Positions 27,801 to 38,136 of a stretch of 64,000 nt of DNA are shown in pieces. A program made the translations under genes and the position numbers. Each line of letters opens with the position of its first letter. Position 1 is the stretch's first letter. The DNA is from Comamonadaceae bacterium. Lineage in GTDB: Bacteria; Pseudomonadota; Gammaproteobacteria; Burkholderiales; Burkholderiaceae_C. The stretch covers positions 1,069-65,068 of the forward strand of contig CANGDZ010000008.1 in NCBI GenBank assembly GCA_947452785.1, written 5' to 3'. The notes under the pieces were generated by a model, which was not told the origin of the DNA, searched no databases, and saw nothing but the letters and a program-made list of their open reading frames with translations.

Positions 27801-27924
27801 AAGGGGTCCTGTCCAGCTCTGACATATCGATTTTGACATGGGTCGCATGGTTTTTTTCATTGGCTATCTGCAGCATTCCTGCCTACCATGGCCAAGCCCT
27901 CGACAATACCCAATGGCCCCCAAC

Positions 27925-29412
27925 ATGTCTAACCCCACCCGCGCCCAGCCTCATGTGCTCTTTATTTCGGTCGATCAATGGCCGGGCCATTTGCTGGGTT
28001 GTGCCGGGCATCCGGTGATCCAAACGCCCACCTTGGACCATCTGGCGCGCTTGGGTACGCGTTACACCCGGGCTTATGCCGAGTCCCCAATCTGCATTCC
28101 TTCACGCCGCTCCATGATGACGGGCTTGTCGCCCAAAGGCCACGGCGACCGCAGCTTCAACCCCACACTGCGCATGCCCGAAGTGCCTTTGCTGGCCCAG
28201 TCGTTCCGCGATGCCGGCTATCAAGCCTATGCCGTGGGCAAATTGCATGTCTACCCGCCCCGCGATCGGATCGGCTTTGACGATGTGCTGCTGGCCGAAG
28301 AGGGTCGCCCCAAGCTGGGTGCCATCGACGACTACGAGATGTACCTGGCCTCGCAGGGCCACGCGGGCGAGCAGTTCATGCACGGCATGAACAACAACGA
28401 CTACTTGAACCGCCCCTGGCATTTGGACGAAGCCAGCCATGTGACCAACTGGATCACCCGAGAAGCGGCCAAAACCATCAAGCGCCGAGACCCCACGCGA
28501 CCCGCTTTTTGGCATGTGTCGTACTCCCACCCTCACCCCCCGCTGGCGCCACTGCAGTGCTATTTGGACATGTACCGTGACATGACCCTTGACGCGCCTT
28601 GGCATGGCGAATGGGAAAAGGGCAGCCCGATTGCAGCGCTGGACGCGGTCAGGGACTATTGGCCAGTCTCTGACAACCCCGACACCCACAAGCAATTGCG
28701 CCAAGCCTATTACGCACTGTGCACCCACATCGACCACCAGTTGCGCATTCTGTGGGGCACGCTGCGCGAAGAAGACCTGCTGCAGAACACCGTGATCATG
28801 TTCACCGCAGACCACGGCGACATGCTGGGCAATTTTGGGTTGTGGGCCAAGCGCATGTTTTACGAAGGCGCCAGTGCCCTGCCCATGATTCTGATCGACA
28901 CGGCGCAAGGCCAGCGGGTCCCCGCCAACCATGTGGACTCCCGCTTGGTGGGCTTGCAAGACATAATGCCCACGCTGTTGGACCTGGCAGGCATTGCCAT
29001 TCCGTCCAGCGTCGAAGGCCTGTCGATGGTGGGTGAGCACAAGCGCCCCTTTTTGTATGGCGAATGCCGCGAGGACGCCGGCGCCACGCGCATGGTGCAT
29101 GACGGTCAGCACAAGCTGATCTGGTACCCAGCCGGCAACGTCGTGCAGTTATTTGACTTGGTGCGCGACCCCAAAGAATTGGTCGATTGCGCGGCACATG
29201 CGGACTACCAAACCATTCGCCAGCAGCTGGAATCGATTTTGGTTTCGCAACTGTATGGCGACGATCTGAACTGGGTGCACCAAGGAAAGTTGCAAGGCTT
29301 TGCGGCACCGACCGCTCCGTTCAAGGCCGATCGCGGTATGTCTGGACAACGCGGTTTGCATTTCCCCACGCCTCCACTGGACCCATTGGGTCAGCAAGTG
29401 GGCTCTCCTTGA
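27925..29412 (+). CDS. sulfatase (Cys-type, formylglycine-dependent), no signal peptide
   Basis: VLFISVDQ metal-binding start and sulfatase signature C-x-P-x-R in SPICIPSRRSMMTG. Overall BetC/arylsulfatase-like layout. Start re-set to ATG 27925 (MSNPTRAQPHVLF). Confidence 0.85.
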   Translation: MSNPTRAQPHVLFISVDQWPGHLLGCAGHPVIQTPTLDHLARLGTRYTRAYAESPICIPSRRSMMTGLSPKGHGDRSFNPTLRMPEVPLLAQSFRDAGYQAYAVGKLHVYPPRDRIGFDDVLLAEEGRPKLGAIDDYEMYLASQGHAGEQFMHGMNNNDYLNRPWHLDEASHVTNWITREAAKTIKRRDPTRPAFWHVSYSHPHPPLAPLQCYLDMYRDMTLDAPWHGEWEKGSPIAALDAVRDYWPVSDNPDTHKQLRQAYYALCTHIDHQLRILWGTLREEDLLQNTVIMFTADHGDMLGNFGLWAKRMFYEGASALPMILIDTAQGQRVPANHVDSRLVGLQDIMPTLLDLAGIAIPSSVEGLSMVGEHKRPFLYGECREDAGATRMVHDGQHKLIWYPAGNVVQLFDLVRDPKELVDCAAHADYQTIRQQLESILVSQLYGDDLNWVHQGKLQGFAAPTAPFKADRGMSGQRGLHFPTPPLDPLGQQVGSP

Positions 29413-29432
29413 TTTTGCGGACTGGAAAATTC

Positions 29433-30395
29433 ATGAAAAAACTACTCACACTCGGGGCCACTTGTCTGGCCATCTTGATGGCTGTGCCAACGCCCGTGCT
29501 GGCACAAAAGTTCCCCGACAAACCCATCAAATGGGTGGTCCCCTTCCCGGCCGGAGGCAACACCGACCGCGTAGCGCGCCTGTATGCCCTCAAACTGTCC
29601 GAGGCCCTGGGCCAATCGGTGGTGGTGGACAACAAAGCAGGCGCCACCGGCAGTATTGGCTTGCAGGCTGTGGCCAAATCGCCCGCAGACGGCTACAACG
29701 TGGTGATTGGAGACCTGAGCAGCCTGATTGTCAGCAAGCACGCCAATCCCAAATTGCCGTTTGACCCGTTCAACGACTTCACGCCGGTGGCCAAGCTGGC
29801 TGAGGTGTCCATCGTCATCACCGGGCGGGCCGACTTGCCCGCCAACAACCTGGCCGAGTTCTTGGCGCTGGCCAAGGCGCAACCGGGCAAATACACCTAT
29901 GCCACCAGCGGCATAGGCAGCATCGGTCACCTGTCCTTTGAATTGATCAAGTCCATGGCCGACGTGGACGTGCGCCACGTGGCTTACAAAGGCGGCGGCC
30001 CAGCAGTCACCGACCTGATTGGTGGCCATGTGGATCTGGTGGTGGACGGCGCTGCGCTGCCCTTTGTGCTCGACGGCAAAATCAAAGCCTTGGCCACCAC
30101 CGGTCCGCGCTTGAGTGTGCTGCCCAAAGTGCCCACCGTGGCCGAGTCCGGGCTCAAGGGCTACACGGTGACCAATTGGTGGTGCCTGCTGGCCCCGGTC
30201 GGCACACCGTCGGCCATCGTCAAAACGCTCAACGATGAAATTCAAAAATTAGCCAATTCGGCCGAAGTCAAATCCAATTTTGAAAAAGCCGGGATCTTAG
30301 CCGCCAGCAACACACCAGCGGAAATGGCCAAGCTGATGCGCGACGACTACGACAAGATGGGCGCCATCATCAAGAAGTCTAAGATCGAGTTTTAA
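29433..30395 (+). CDS. Bug/TctC-family substrate-binding protein (copy 2)
   Basis: MKKLLTLGATCLAILMAVPTPVLA-QKFPDKPIKWVVPFPAGGNTD...DNKAGATGSIG. Start re-set to ATG 29433. Confidence 0.85.
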   Translation: MKKLLTLGATCLAILMAVPTPVLAQKFPDKPIKWVVPFPAGGNTDRVARLYALKLSEALGQSVVVDNKAGATGSIGLQAVAKSPADGYNVVIGDLSSLIVSKHANPKLPFDPFNDFTPVAKLAEVSIVITGRADLPANNLAEFLALAKAQPGKYTYATSGIGSIGHLSFELIKSMADVDVRHVAYKGGGPAVTDLIGGHVDLVVDGAALPFVLDGKIKALATTGPRLSVLPKVPTVAESGLKGYTVTNWWCLLAPVGTPSAIVKTLNDEIQKLANSAEVKSNFEKAGILAASNTPAEMAKLMRDDYDKMGAIIKKSKIEF

Positions 30396-31612
30396 GCGGG
30401 CAGCAGCAGGGTCAGGGCTGCGCTCAGCACCATCACCCACAAGCCAAGCCCCACCCGCCAGCCAAAACCTGCACCGCCGCTGAAAAAGGCCAGAAAGGTT
30501 TTGGCCACTGCGCTCGAGGCCAAGACCGCCACCAGGCTCCAGGCCGACAGTGGCAGAGACACGCCGCTCGCCATGCTCATTTGGGCCACACTGGCGGCTG
30601 CGGCGTGAACTTCAACAATGGCAACCAAGACGGCCGTGACCAGAACACCCGTGTCACCCAAAAGAGCCTGCAAACCTGCGGACAAAAGAGACACGCCCCC
30701 CATCACCAAGGCCAAGACCACCGCGTGACTGAGTTTGAAAGCACTGTCGGTCAACTTGATGGACGATGCCGCCCTAGGCGCGCCTTGGCGCAGAGACAAG
30801 AGGGCCACGCTCAGCAAACTGAAGCCGGCGGCCGCCAAAGGCCAAGTCACCGTGCTCAGCAAGCTCGGCGATACCGCACCGATGACGCCCATCATCAACA
30901 GCAGGGAAGCCAAATTGGACAACAACGCGGCAGCGCTGGCACTGTGGACCAACTGAGCATCTTCTCGCGCCTTGTGACCCAAATGCGCCAAGGCGGCCGT
31001 GGAAGACACGAAGCCAGAAAAAAACCCCGCCACCGGCAATCCCCAACGAAGCCCCAACAAGCGTTGAGCCAAATGCCCCAACATGCCCACCGCCATCACC
31101 AACACCACAATGCGCCATAAGGTGGTGGGCCGCAACACGTTCCAGGGGTCCACGGCTTGGTCTGGCAGCAGCGGCATGACCACCAAGGCAGCCACGGCCA
31201 AGACCAAAGCGTCTTGCAATTCTTGCTGCGTGATCCATTCACGGGTGAACCGATGACTGATCTGCTTGAATTCCAGCAGCGTCGCGCCCAGCACGCCCAA
31301 ACTCACCGCCATGTTGGCATCTTGATGCACCAAGGCAGATAACATGAGGGTGACCAAGACCGCCATTTCTCCTGTCAAACCCGGATCTTGGGGGGCGGTC
31401 GTGCGATACCCGCTGTACACCAAGGCGCCAACCGCTAAAACGGCGGCAATGAAGGGCCAAGGCCCTAAACCCCAGGCGACATAACCCAAGATCGACACCA
31501 AGGCATGGGTGCGCAAACCTGTTTTGCCCTCATCAGCATGATGGCGGCGTTCGCGAACCACACCCATCAAAATGCCAATGGCTAAAGCGGTCAATGCACC
31601 TTGCCAAGTCAT
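30392..31612 (-). CDS. MgtC/SapB-family + DUF4010 membrane protein
   Basis: Polytopic membrane protein with MgtC-like N-terminus (ALAIGILMGVVRERRH...GLRTHALVSILG). First ATG is at 31612; the track TTG is at 31633. Its stop overlaps the stop of the convergent Bug gene (TTAA). Confidence 0.7.
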   Translation of the reverse strand: MTWQGALTALAIGILMGVVRERRHHADEGKTGLRTHALVSILGYVAWGLGPWPFIAAVLAVGALVYSGYRTTAPQDPGLTGEMAVLVTLMLSALVHQDANMAVSLGVLGATLLEFKQISHRFTREWITQQELQDALVLAVAALVVMPLLPDQAVDPWNVLRPTTLWRIVVLVMAVGMLGHLAQRLLGLRWGLPVAGFFSGFVSSTAALAHLGHKAREDAQLVHSASAAALLSNLASLLLMMGVIGAVSPSLLSTVTWPLAAAGFSLLSVALLSLRQGAPRAASSIKLTDSAFKLSHAVVLALVMGGVSLLSAGLQALLGDTGVLVTAVLVAIVEVHAAAASVAQMSMASGVSLPLSAWSLVAVLASSAVAKTFLAFFSGGAGFGWRVGLGLWVMVLSAALTLLLPA

Positions 31613-31619
31613 CTTGAAC

Positions 31620-34600
31620 TCAATCGTAAGCAATCACCGCCTGGCCGCCTTCGGCTTGGGCGATCCAACCGGCTATGGCCGCATCGGTCGGGAAGAACTT
31701 GGCTTGCTCCCCGAGCTGAACCTCGGCACTGGCGGCAATGCCATCGCCTTGGCGTGACAAGGTCAGGCGCACCGGCAGCCCGCGCAGCAACTCGCCTTGA
31801 TCGGTCATCTCGCGCTGCGGCGGAAAGGCTTTGACCAAGCGCGCCACTTCGGGTGCGCGGCCGTTCACGGCCACGCGCAGGTATTTGCCATAGCGACAGC
31901 GGGCCGTGGGCAAGTCCCAAATCTGCTCCATCTTCAGGCGAAATCCACCCGAAAAACGATCCATCTGCATCTTGGCCATGACGATGATGAGCTCGTCTTC
32001 TTTCAAAATATGGCGTGCCGAGTTGATCAGGTTTTCGTCGGCCGTGGCCTCCATCGCCATGGTTTTGTCGTCGAGTTTGAAAATCGCCACCTTGCCGCGC
32101 TGGCCGTTGATGATGCGGATGTCGCTGACAATGCCGGCCAGCAACTGCGGCTCGCGGCTGTCGATCAAATCGTCGATCTTGCGGCGTGCAAACTGGCGCA
32201 CCTCGCGCTCGACCGCATCGAACAAATGGCCCGAGAGGTAAAAGCCCAGCGCCGTTTTTTCCAGCGTCAGCCGCTCCTTGATGCCCCAGGGCATCATCTC
32301 CACCAATTGCGGCTCTTGCGTGCTGGAGCCATGATCGTCGTCGCCCATCATGTCGAACAAGCCGCCTTGGTTCACGTTGGCCAAAGTGGCCGCAGAAAAT
32401 TCAAACGCCCGGTCCACCGAGGCTGAAAGCGAGGCGCGGTTCATGTGCAAGGAGTCAAACGCACCGGCCTTGATCAAAGCCTCCACCGTGCGTTTATTCA
32501 AGCGACTGCGGTCGACCCGTACGCAAAAGTCAAACAAGCTGGTGAACTGGCCGCCTTCTTCGCGGGCTTTGACGATGGCTTCAATGGCCTGCTGGCCAGT
32601 GCCCTTGATGGCGCCCAAACCGTAGCGAATGACTTTGTCCGACACTGGCTCAAAGCGATGACGACCGCGGTTCACGTCCGGTGGATCAAAGGTCAAGCCG
32701 AACTTCAAGGCGTCTTGGTACAGCACTTTCAGTTTGTCGGTGTCGTCCATTTCCACCGTCATGTTGGCGCAGAAAAACTCGGCGGTGTAATGCACCTTGA
32801 GCCAGCCGGTGTGGTACGCCAGCAAGGAGTAGGCGGCGGCATGCGACTTGTTGAAGCCGTAGCCCGCGAACTTTTCCATCAAGTCAAACACCTCGTCGGC
32901 TTTGGCTTCGCTGATGTCTTGCTTGGCGGCACCGGCGCGGAAGATGGCTCGGTGCTCGGCCATTTCTTCGGCCTTCTTTTTACCCATGGCACGGCGCAAC
33001 ATGTCGGCGCCGCCCAGGCTGTAGCCGCCCAAAATCTGCGCGGTCTGCATCACCTGCTCTTGGTAAACCATGATGCCGTAGGTTTCCGACAGCATCTCGG
33101 CCACCAGCGGGTGCGGGTACTCAATGACTTCGCGCCCGTGTTTACGTGCCACGAAGCTGGGGATTAGGTCCATCGGGCCGGGTCGATACAAGGCGTTCAG
33201 GGCAATCAGGTCTTCCAAGCGGCTGGGCCGGGCGTCTTTCAGCATGCGCTGCATGCCCGGACTTTCAAACTGGAACACGGCTTCGGTCTTGCCGTCGGCA
33301 AACAGCTTGTAGGTGGCCATGTCATCGAGAGCGATGTTCTCGAACGCAAAGTTCTCTTGGCCCTTGTGGCGCTGGATGATGAACTCGCGCGCGATCTCCA
33401 AAATCGTCAGCGTCGCCAAGCCCAAAAAGTCGAACTTGACCAAGCCAATCGCTTCCACGTCGTCTTTGTCGTACTGGCTCACTGCGGCGGTGCTGCCAGG
33501 CTGTTGGTACAGCGGACAAAAATCGGTCAGCTTGCCCGGCGCGATCAGCACACCGCCGGCGTGCATGCCCACGTTGCGTGTCATGCCTTCGAGCTTTTGC
33601 GCCAGCTCCAACAGAGTTTTAACGTCATCTTCTTTGGCCAGGCGCTCCGCCAAAATCGGTTCTGCCTCGATGGCGCCGGCAATCGTGATGTGCTGACCGG
33701 GCTTGTTCGGAATCAGCTTGCTGATGCCATCGCAAAATGTGTAGCTCATGTCCAGCACGCGACCCACATCGCGAATCGCCGCGCGCGCGGCCATGGTGCC
33801 GAAAGTGACAATCTGCGACACCGCATCGCGGCCATATTTGTCTTTGACGTATTCGATCACACGGTCCCGATTGGACTGGCAAAAGTCAATGTCAAAGTCG
33901 GGCATGGACACCCGCTCTGGGTTCAAGAAACGCTCGAACAGCAAGTTGTACTGCAAAGGGTCCAGGTCGGTGATCTTCAGCGAATAAGCCACCAAGGAAC
34001 CCGCACCCGAACCCCGGCCCGGGCCGACCGGGCAGCAGTTGCTCTTGGCCCATTGAATAAAGTCACCCACGATCAAAAAGTAACCGGGGAAGCCCATCTT
34101 CAAAATGGTATTGAGCTCAAACTCCAAACGCTCGGCGTAACGCGGGCGTTCGGCGTTGCGCCGGTCCAAGCCAGGGTACAAATGAAGCAGGCGCGCTTCC
34201 AAGCCCTCGTTAGAGACATGGCGGAAATAATCTTCCACCGACATCACCACGCCGTTGACCGGTGGGATCGGAAAGTTGGGCAACTGCGGTTTGCCCAGCA
34301 CTAGGGTCAGGTTGCAGCGCTTGGCAATCTCCAGCGTATTGGCCAGAGCGCTGGGCACATCGGCAAACAAGGCACACATTTGGGCGCTGGTTTTGAAATA
34401 CTGGTCGCCGGTGAATTTACGCACCCGGCGCTGGTTGCCCAAAATTTCGCCCTCGGAAATACACACCCGCGCTTCGTGCGCTTCGTAGTCGTCTTCAAGC
34501 AGAAACTGCACCGGGTGGGTGGCCACCACCGGCAAGTTCAAACGCGCCGCCAAGCGCACCGCGCCCGCCACTTGCACAGCGTCTTCAGGCCGGCCTGCGC

Positions 34601-35105
34601 GTTGCAGCTCCAGGTAAAAACGATGCGGAAAAATCGAGGCCAATTGCAGCGCCACTTCGGCTGCGCGCGACTCATCACCCTGCACCAAGGCCTGACCGAC
34701 CGGCCCGGCTTGCGCACCTGACAGCAAAATCAAGCCCTCGGCCAGTTCCTTCAGCCACGCCAGCTTGACCACCGCCTGCACTTTGACCACGTTTTGTGTC
34801 CAAGCACGCGCCAGCAGTTCGGACAGGTTCAAATAACCTTGCGTGCTTTGCACCAACACCACCACGCGCGAGATGCTGGTGAGCTCTGCGCCCAAGCCTT
34901 CCAAAAAAATCTCGGCACCGATGATGGGCTGCACCCCTTTGCTGCGGGCTTCGCGGTAAAACTTGACGGCGCCAAACAAATTGCTCAAATCGGTCAACGC
35001 CAAGGCGGGCAAACCGTCGGCAGCAGCAGCCTGAACCACCTCGTCAAGGCGGCAGGTGGAGTCAACCACAGAGAATTCAGAATGGAGTCGGAGATGGGCA
35101 AACAT
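31620..35105 (-). CDS. dnaE: DNA polymerase III subunit alpha
   Basis: 1161 aa. PHP domain start MFAHLRLHSEFSVVDS, then polymerase core and OB-fold. Confidence 0.97.
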   Translation of the reverse strand: MFAHLRLHSEFSVVDSTCRLDEVVQAAAADGLPALALTDLSNLFGAVKFYREARSKGVQPIIGAEIFLEGLGAELTSISRVVVLVQSTQGYLNLSELLARAWTQNVVKVQAVVKLAWLKELAEGLILLSGAQAGPVGQALVQGDESRAAEVALQLASIFPHRFYLELQRAGRPEDAVQVAGAVRLAARLNLPVVATHPVQFLLEDDYEAHEARVCISEGEILGNQRRVRKFTGDQYFKTSAQMCALFADVPSALANTLEIAKRCNLTLVLGKPQLPNFPIPPVNGVVMSVEDYFRHVSNEGLEARLLHLYPGLDRRNAERPRYAERLEFELNTILKMGFPGYFLIVGDFIQWAKSNCCPVGPGRGSGAGSLVAYSLKITDLDPLQYNLLFERFLNPERVSMPDFDIDFCQSNRDRVIEYVKDKYGRDAVSQIVTFGTMAARAAIRDVGRVLDMSYTFCDGISKLIPNKPGQHITIAGAIEAEPILAERLAKEDDVKTLLELAQKLEGMTRNVGMHAGGVLIAPGKLTDFCPLYQQPGSTAAVSQYDKDDVEAIGLVKFDFLGLATLTILEIAREFIIQRHKGQENFAFENIALDDMATYKLFADGKTEAVFQFESPGMQRMLKDARPSRLEDLIALNALYRPGPMDLIPSFVARKHGREVIEYPHPLVAEMLSETYGIMVYQEQVMQTAQILGGYSLGGADMLRRAMGKKKAEEMAEHRAIFRAGAAKQDISEAKADEVFDLMEKFAGYGFNKSHAAAYSLLAYHTGWLKVHYTAEFFCANMTVEMDDTDKLKVLYQDALKFGLTFDPPDVNRGRHRFEPVSDKVIRYGLGAIKGTGQQAIEAIVKAREEGGQFTSLFDFCVRVDRSRLNKRTVEALIKAGAFDSLHMNRASLSASVDRAFEFSAATLANVNQGGLFDMMGDDDHGSSTQEPQLVEMMPWGIKERLTLEKTALGFYLSGHLFDAVEREVRQFARRKIDDLIDSREPQLLAGIVSDIRIINGQRGKVAIFKLDDKTMAMEATADENLINSARHILKEDELIIVMAKMQMDRFSGGFRLKMEQIWDLPTARCRYGKYLRVAVNGRAPEVARLVKAFPPQREMTDQGELLRGLPVRLTLSRQGDGIAASAEVQLGEQAKFFPTDAAIAGWIAQAEGGQAVIAYD

Positions 35106-35149
35106 GCTGTCATTGTAGAAGCCGCCACCCTGTTTCTAAGCCCCCAGGA

Positions 35150-35944
35150 ATGCAGTTTTCTACAATAGCGCCTGTGAACGATATTCTGAACATTTCCACT
35201 TACAAATTCACCCCCCTGGCCGACACTGCGGCCCTGCGGGATGAGCTCGAAGAGCGCGCGCTGGCCTTGAACCTGAAAGGCACGATTTTGTTGGCCGAAG
35301 AAGGCATCAATTTGTTTCTGGCCGGCCCTGCGCCAGACGTGCGCGCCTTCGTGGCCCTGCTGCAAACCGATGCGCGCTTTGCCGATATCGACCCCAAAGA
35401 AAGCTGGTCCGCCAGCCAGCCGTTTCGCAAGATGCGGGTCAAGGTCAAGGGCGAGATCATCCGCATGAACCACCCCACCATCCGCCCCGCCGAAGGCCGG
35501 GCTCCGGCGGTCGATGCGTTCACGGCCAAACGCTGGTTGGACCAAGGCCATGACGACGAAGGCCGCCCGGTTGTCACCTTGGACACGCGCAACACCTACG
35601 AGGTGGACGAAGGCACGTTTACGGGGGCGATTGATTGGCGCTTGACCAAATTCACCGAATTCCCTGACGCGGTGCAAGCGCACAAGGCCGAGCTGGCCGA
35701 CAAAACCGTGATCAGTTTTTGCACCGGCGGCATTCGCTGCGAAAAAGCCACCATCTACATGCGCGCAGCCGGCCTGCCCCATGTCTACCAGCTCGAAGGC
35801 GGCATCTTGAAATACTTTGAAGAAACCGGCGGTGCCCACTACCAGGGCGGCTGCTTTGTGTTCGACGAGCGCCGCGCTTTGGGGGCTGACTTGAGTACGG
35901 TGGGTATTGCAGAATCGTCAGCCGAGGCCAACGTCGAAGGCTGA
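35150..35944 (+). CDS. trhO: rhodanese-related tRNA uridine(34) hydroxylase (UPF0176/YceA family)
   Basis: 264 aa. ILNISTYKF start and rhodanese active-site loop CTGGIRCEKA. Confidence 0.85.
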   Translation: MQFSTIAPVNDILNISTYKFTPLADTAALRDELEERALALNLKGTILLAEEGINLFLAGPAPDVRAFVALLQTDARFADIDPKESWSASQPFRKMRVKVKGEIIRMNHPTIRPAEGRAPAVDAFTAKRWLDQGHDDEGRPVVTLDTRNTYEVDEGTFTGAIDWRLTKFTEFPDAVQAHKAELADKTVISFCTGGIRCEKATIYMRAAGLPHVYQLEGGILKYFEETGGAHYQGGCFVFDERRALGADLSTVGIAESSAEANVEG

Positions 35945-35948
35945 GGCT

Positions 35949-36653
35949 TTAAAACCGCTCATCGCGCAGCACCTGCAGCACGTCCGAGCGGAACTCGCGG
36001 CCGTACAAGATCAGCACCACCAAGGCGGTAGCCGCGATCAAGGCAAAGGGCGAGAAGAACCAGGCCATGGCGGCAAATGAAAAATAGTAGGCCCGCAAGC
36101 CATCGTTGAAGGTCTCGGCCGCCGCCCCCACCAAGGCTCCGGCCCGATTCGCCATGGCTTGGCGGTCATGCAGGCCGTCAGTAAACTCCTGCGCGGGCGG
36201 CATGGCGCCAATCACCAAGGCCACAAAAGTGTATTGCCGCATCGACCAAGAAAAGCGGAAGAAGGCATACACAAAAATCCCCATCAGCACCAAGATCTTG
36301 AATTCAAAGACCAGCATCGGGGTTTGGGTGGCAAAGGGAATTTCGCGCACCAGCTCGGCCGCTTTGTCGGTGGTGCCCATCAAGGCCAGCAAACCACCAA
36401 TAATGATGATAGTGGTGGATGAGAAAAAAGAAGGTGTGTGCGACAGGTTTTGTGTGATCAAACCGTCCAACATGCGTGGGTCACGCGCTGTGGCCTGAAG
36501 CATCCACAGGCAACGGTAGCGGTTGGTCGTGGCAATCAGCGAGCGCTCGTGACGCGCCCCAAATTTGGCAAATAAGGCATAGCCAATCCACATGGCAAAA
36601 AAACTGCCCATGGCCAACCAATCGACCAGGGGCAAGAGCGTGATGATTTTCAT
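35949..36653 (-). CDS. DUF599-family membrane protein
   Basis: 234 aa, several TM helices. Family assignment from memory of DUF599-like sequence. Confidence 0.6.
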   Translation of the reverse strand: MKIITLLPLVDWLAMGSFFAMWIGYALFAKFGARHERSLIATTNRYRCLWMLQATARDPRMLDGLITQNLSHTPSFFSSTTIIIIGGLLALMGTTDKAAELVREIPFATQTPMLVFEFKILVLMGIFVYAFFRFSWSMRQYTFVALVIGAMPPAQEFTDGLHDRQAMANRAGALVGAAAETFNDGLRAYYFSFAAMAWFFSPFALIAATALVVLILYGREFRSDVLQVLRDERF

Positions 36654-36702
36654 AAGCAGATGGTACCAAGCCCAGACAGGCTGGTGTGCACTTCAGAGTG
36701 AA

Positions 36703-36732
36703 GGTCCGGGTCCGCAACAGCGGACCCGGACC
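36703..36732 (-). terminator. hairpin downstream of the flavodoxin-like gene
   Basis: Perfect 13-bp inverted repeat GGTCCGGGTCCGC-AACA-GCGGACCCGGACC. No strong U-tract on either strand. Confidence 0.5.
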
Positions 36733-36743
36733 TCACCCCATCA

Positions 36744-37277
36744 TCAAGCGCGCAGTTTGGCGGCCATGGCGGCGACGCGTTCGCCGTAGGCTTTGGCGGT
36801 GTCCAGATCGCCTTGTGGAATGTCTTCCGCTGGGCTGGTGGGCCCGACCTGGGCCATCACGCCGGAGTTGGAGCCGATACGGTTGATGGTGCCGTCGTTC
36901 ATGGACGGTTGACCGACCCAGATCATGGCTTGTTGCATGGCCAAGGTCATGAAGTACTGGATGGTCGACAGTTTGTCGCCGCTCGGGCTGGCCGAGATGG
37001 TGAAGCCGCCAGCGACTTTGTCTTTCCAGGCGCTGGTGAACCAACGCTTGGAGGTGGCGTCGGCAAACTTCTTGAACTGCCAAGAGGCCATGCCCATGTA
37101 GGTGGGCGAGCCAAAGATGATGGCATCGGCCGCGTCCAAGGCGGTCCAATCGGCTTCGGTGATATTGCCATCCGCGTCAATGGCAATGACTTGCGCATTC
37201 GCGCCTTGGGCCACAAATTGCGCCACGCGTTGGGTGTGACCGTAGCCGGAATGAAAAATAACAATGGTTTTAGCCAT
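36744..37277 (-). CDS. flavodoxin-fold NAD(P)H:quinone oxidoreductase-like protein
   Basis: 177 aa. MAKTIVIFHSGYGHTQRVA...IIFGSPTYMG flavodoxin-like FMN-binding pattern. Confidence 0.7.
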   Translation of the reverse strand: MAKTIVIFHSGYGHTQRVAQFVAQGANAQVIAIDADGNITEADWTALDAADAIIFGSPTYMGMASWQFKKFADATSKRWFTSAWKDKVAGGFTISASPSGDKLSTIQYFMTLAMQQAMIWVGQPSMNDGTINRIGSNSGVMAQVGPTSPAEDIPQGDLDTAKAYGERVAAMAAKLRA

Positions 37278-37325
37278 GAGAAAACTCCTGAAAAAATTGA
37301 GAGTGAGGTTGGAAAGAAAGAAAAA

Positions 37326-38027
37326 TTAAGGCGCCAAATCGAACACCAGCACCTCTGCCGCTTGGCCTAGACTCAAGGTGAGCAGGCTTTCGCCTTCGAT
37401 CAGCGCAGCGTCGCCAGCCTGCAGCACTTGATCGTTGACCTGCAATTGACCTTGTATCAAGTGAACATAGGCTTTGCGCGCCGGGTTCAGCGCCAAGCTT
37501 GCAGATTCGGCGCCGTCAAACAAACCAGCATACAAAGCCGCATCGGCCGAAATCTTAACGGCATGGCCCTCACCTTGGGGCGAGGCCACCAATTGCAACT
37601 GCCCGCGCTTGGCGACGGCGGGAACTGTTTTTTGCTCGTAACTGGGCTCAATGCCCGTCACATTCGGCTCGATCCAAATTTGAAAGAAATGCGTCTGCTG
37701 ACCTTCAGCATGATTGAACTCGCTGTGCATCACGCCCTTGCCGGCGCTCATGCGCTGCACATCGCCCGGCGGAATGCCTTTGACGTTGCCCATGCTATCT
37801 TTGTGGGCCAAGTTGCCTGACAGCACATAGCTGATGATTTCCATGTCGCGGTGGCCATGGGTGCCAAAGCCTTTACCGGCGGCAATGCGGTCTTCGTTGA
37901 TGACACGCAAATTGCCCCAGCCCATGTGCGCCGGATCGTAATAACCGGCAAACGAAAAGCTGTGAAAGGATTTGAGCCAACCGTGATCGGCATAGCCCCG
38001 CTCGCCACTGGAACGCAAAGTCAACAT
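37326..38027 (-). CDS. pirin-family protein
   Basis: 233 aa. Cupin metal site GFGTHGHRDMEIISYVLSG and HSEFN. Confidence 0.9.
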   Translation of the reverse strand: MLTLRSSGERGYADHGWLKSFHSFSFAGYYDPAHMGWGNLRVINEDRIAAGKGFGTHGHRDMEIISYVLSGNLAHKDSMGNVKGIPPGDVQRMSAGKGVMHSEFNHAEGQQTHFFQIWIEPNVTGIEPSYEQKTVPAVAKRGQLQLVASPQGEGHAVKISADAALYAGLFDGAESASLALNPARKAYVHLIQGQLQVNDQVLQAGDAALIEGESLLTLSLGQAAEVLVFDLAP

Positions 38028-38105
38028 AGGAAACCTCTTTGAAGTCAGAACCTTGACTGTAGAGCGTTGCCTCGCGTGGAAGGTGGCAAAAATTCAGCGT
38101 CACAA

Positions 38106-38120
38106 TTCAATATTTTTGAA
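38106..38120. promoter_or_regulatory. candidate LysR-type T-N11-A operator in the pirin/LysR divergent region
   Basis: Inverted repeat TTCAA-TATTT-TTGAA, 17 nt upstream of the LysR ATG. Confidence 0.3.
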
Positions 38121-38136
38121 CTAAACTTGGTTGATC

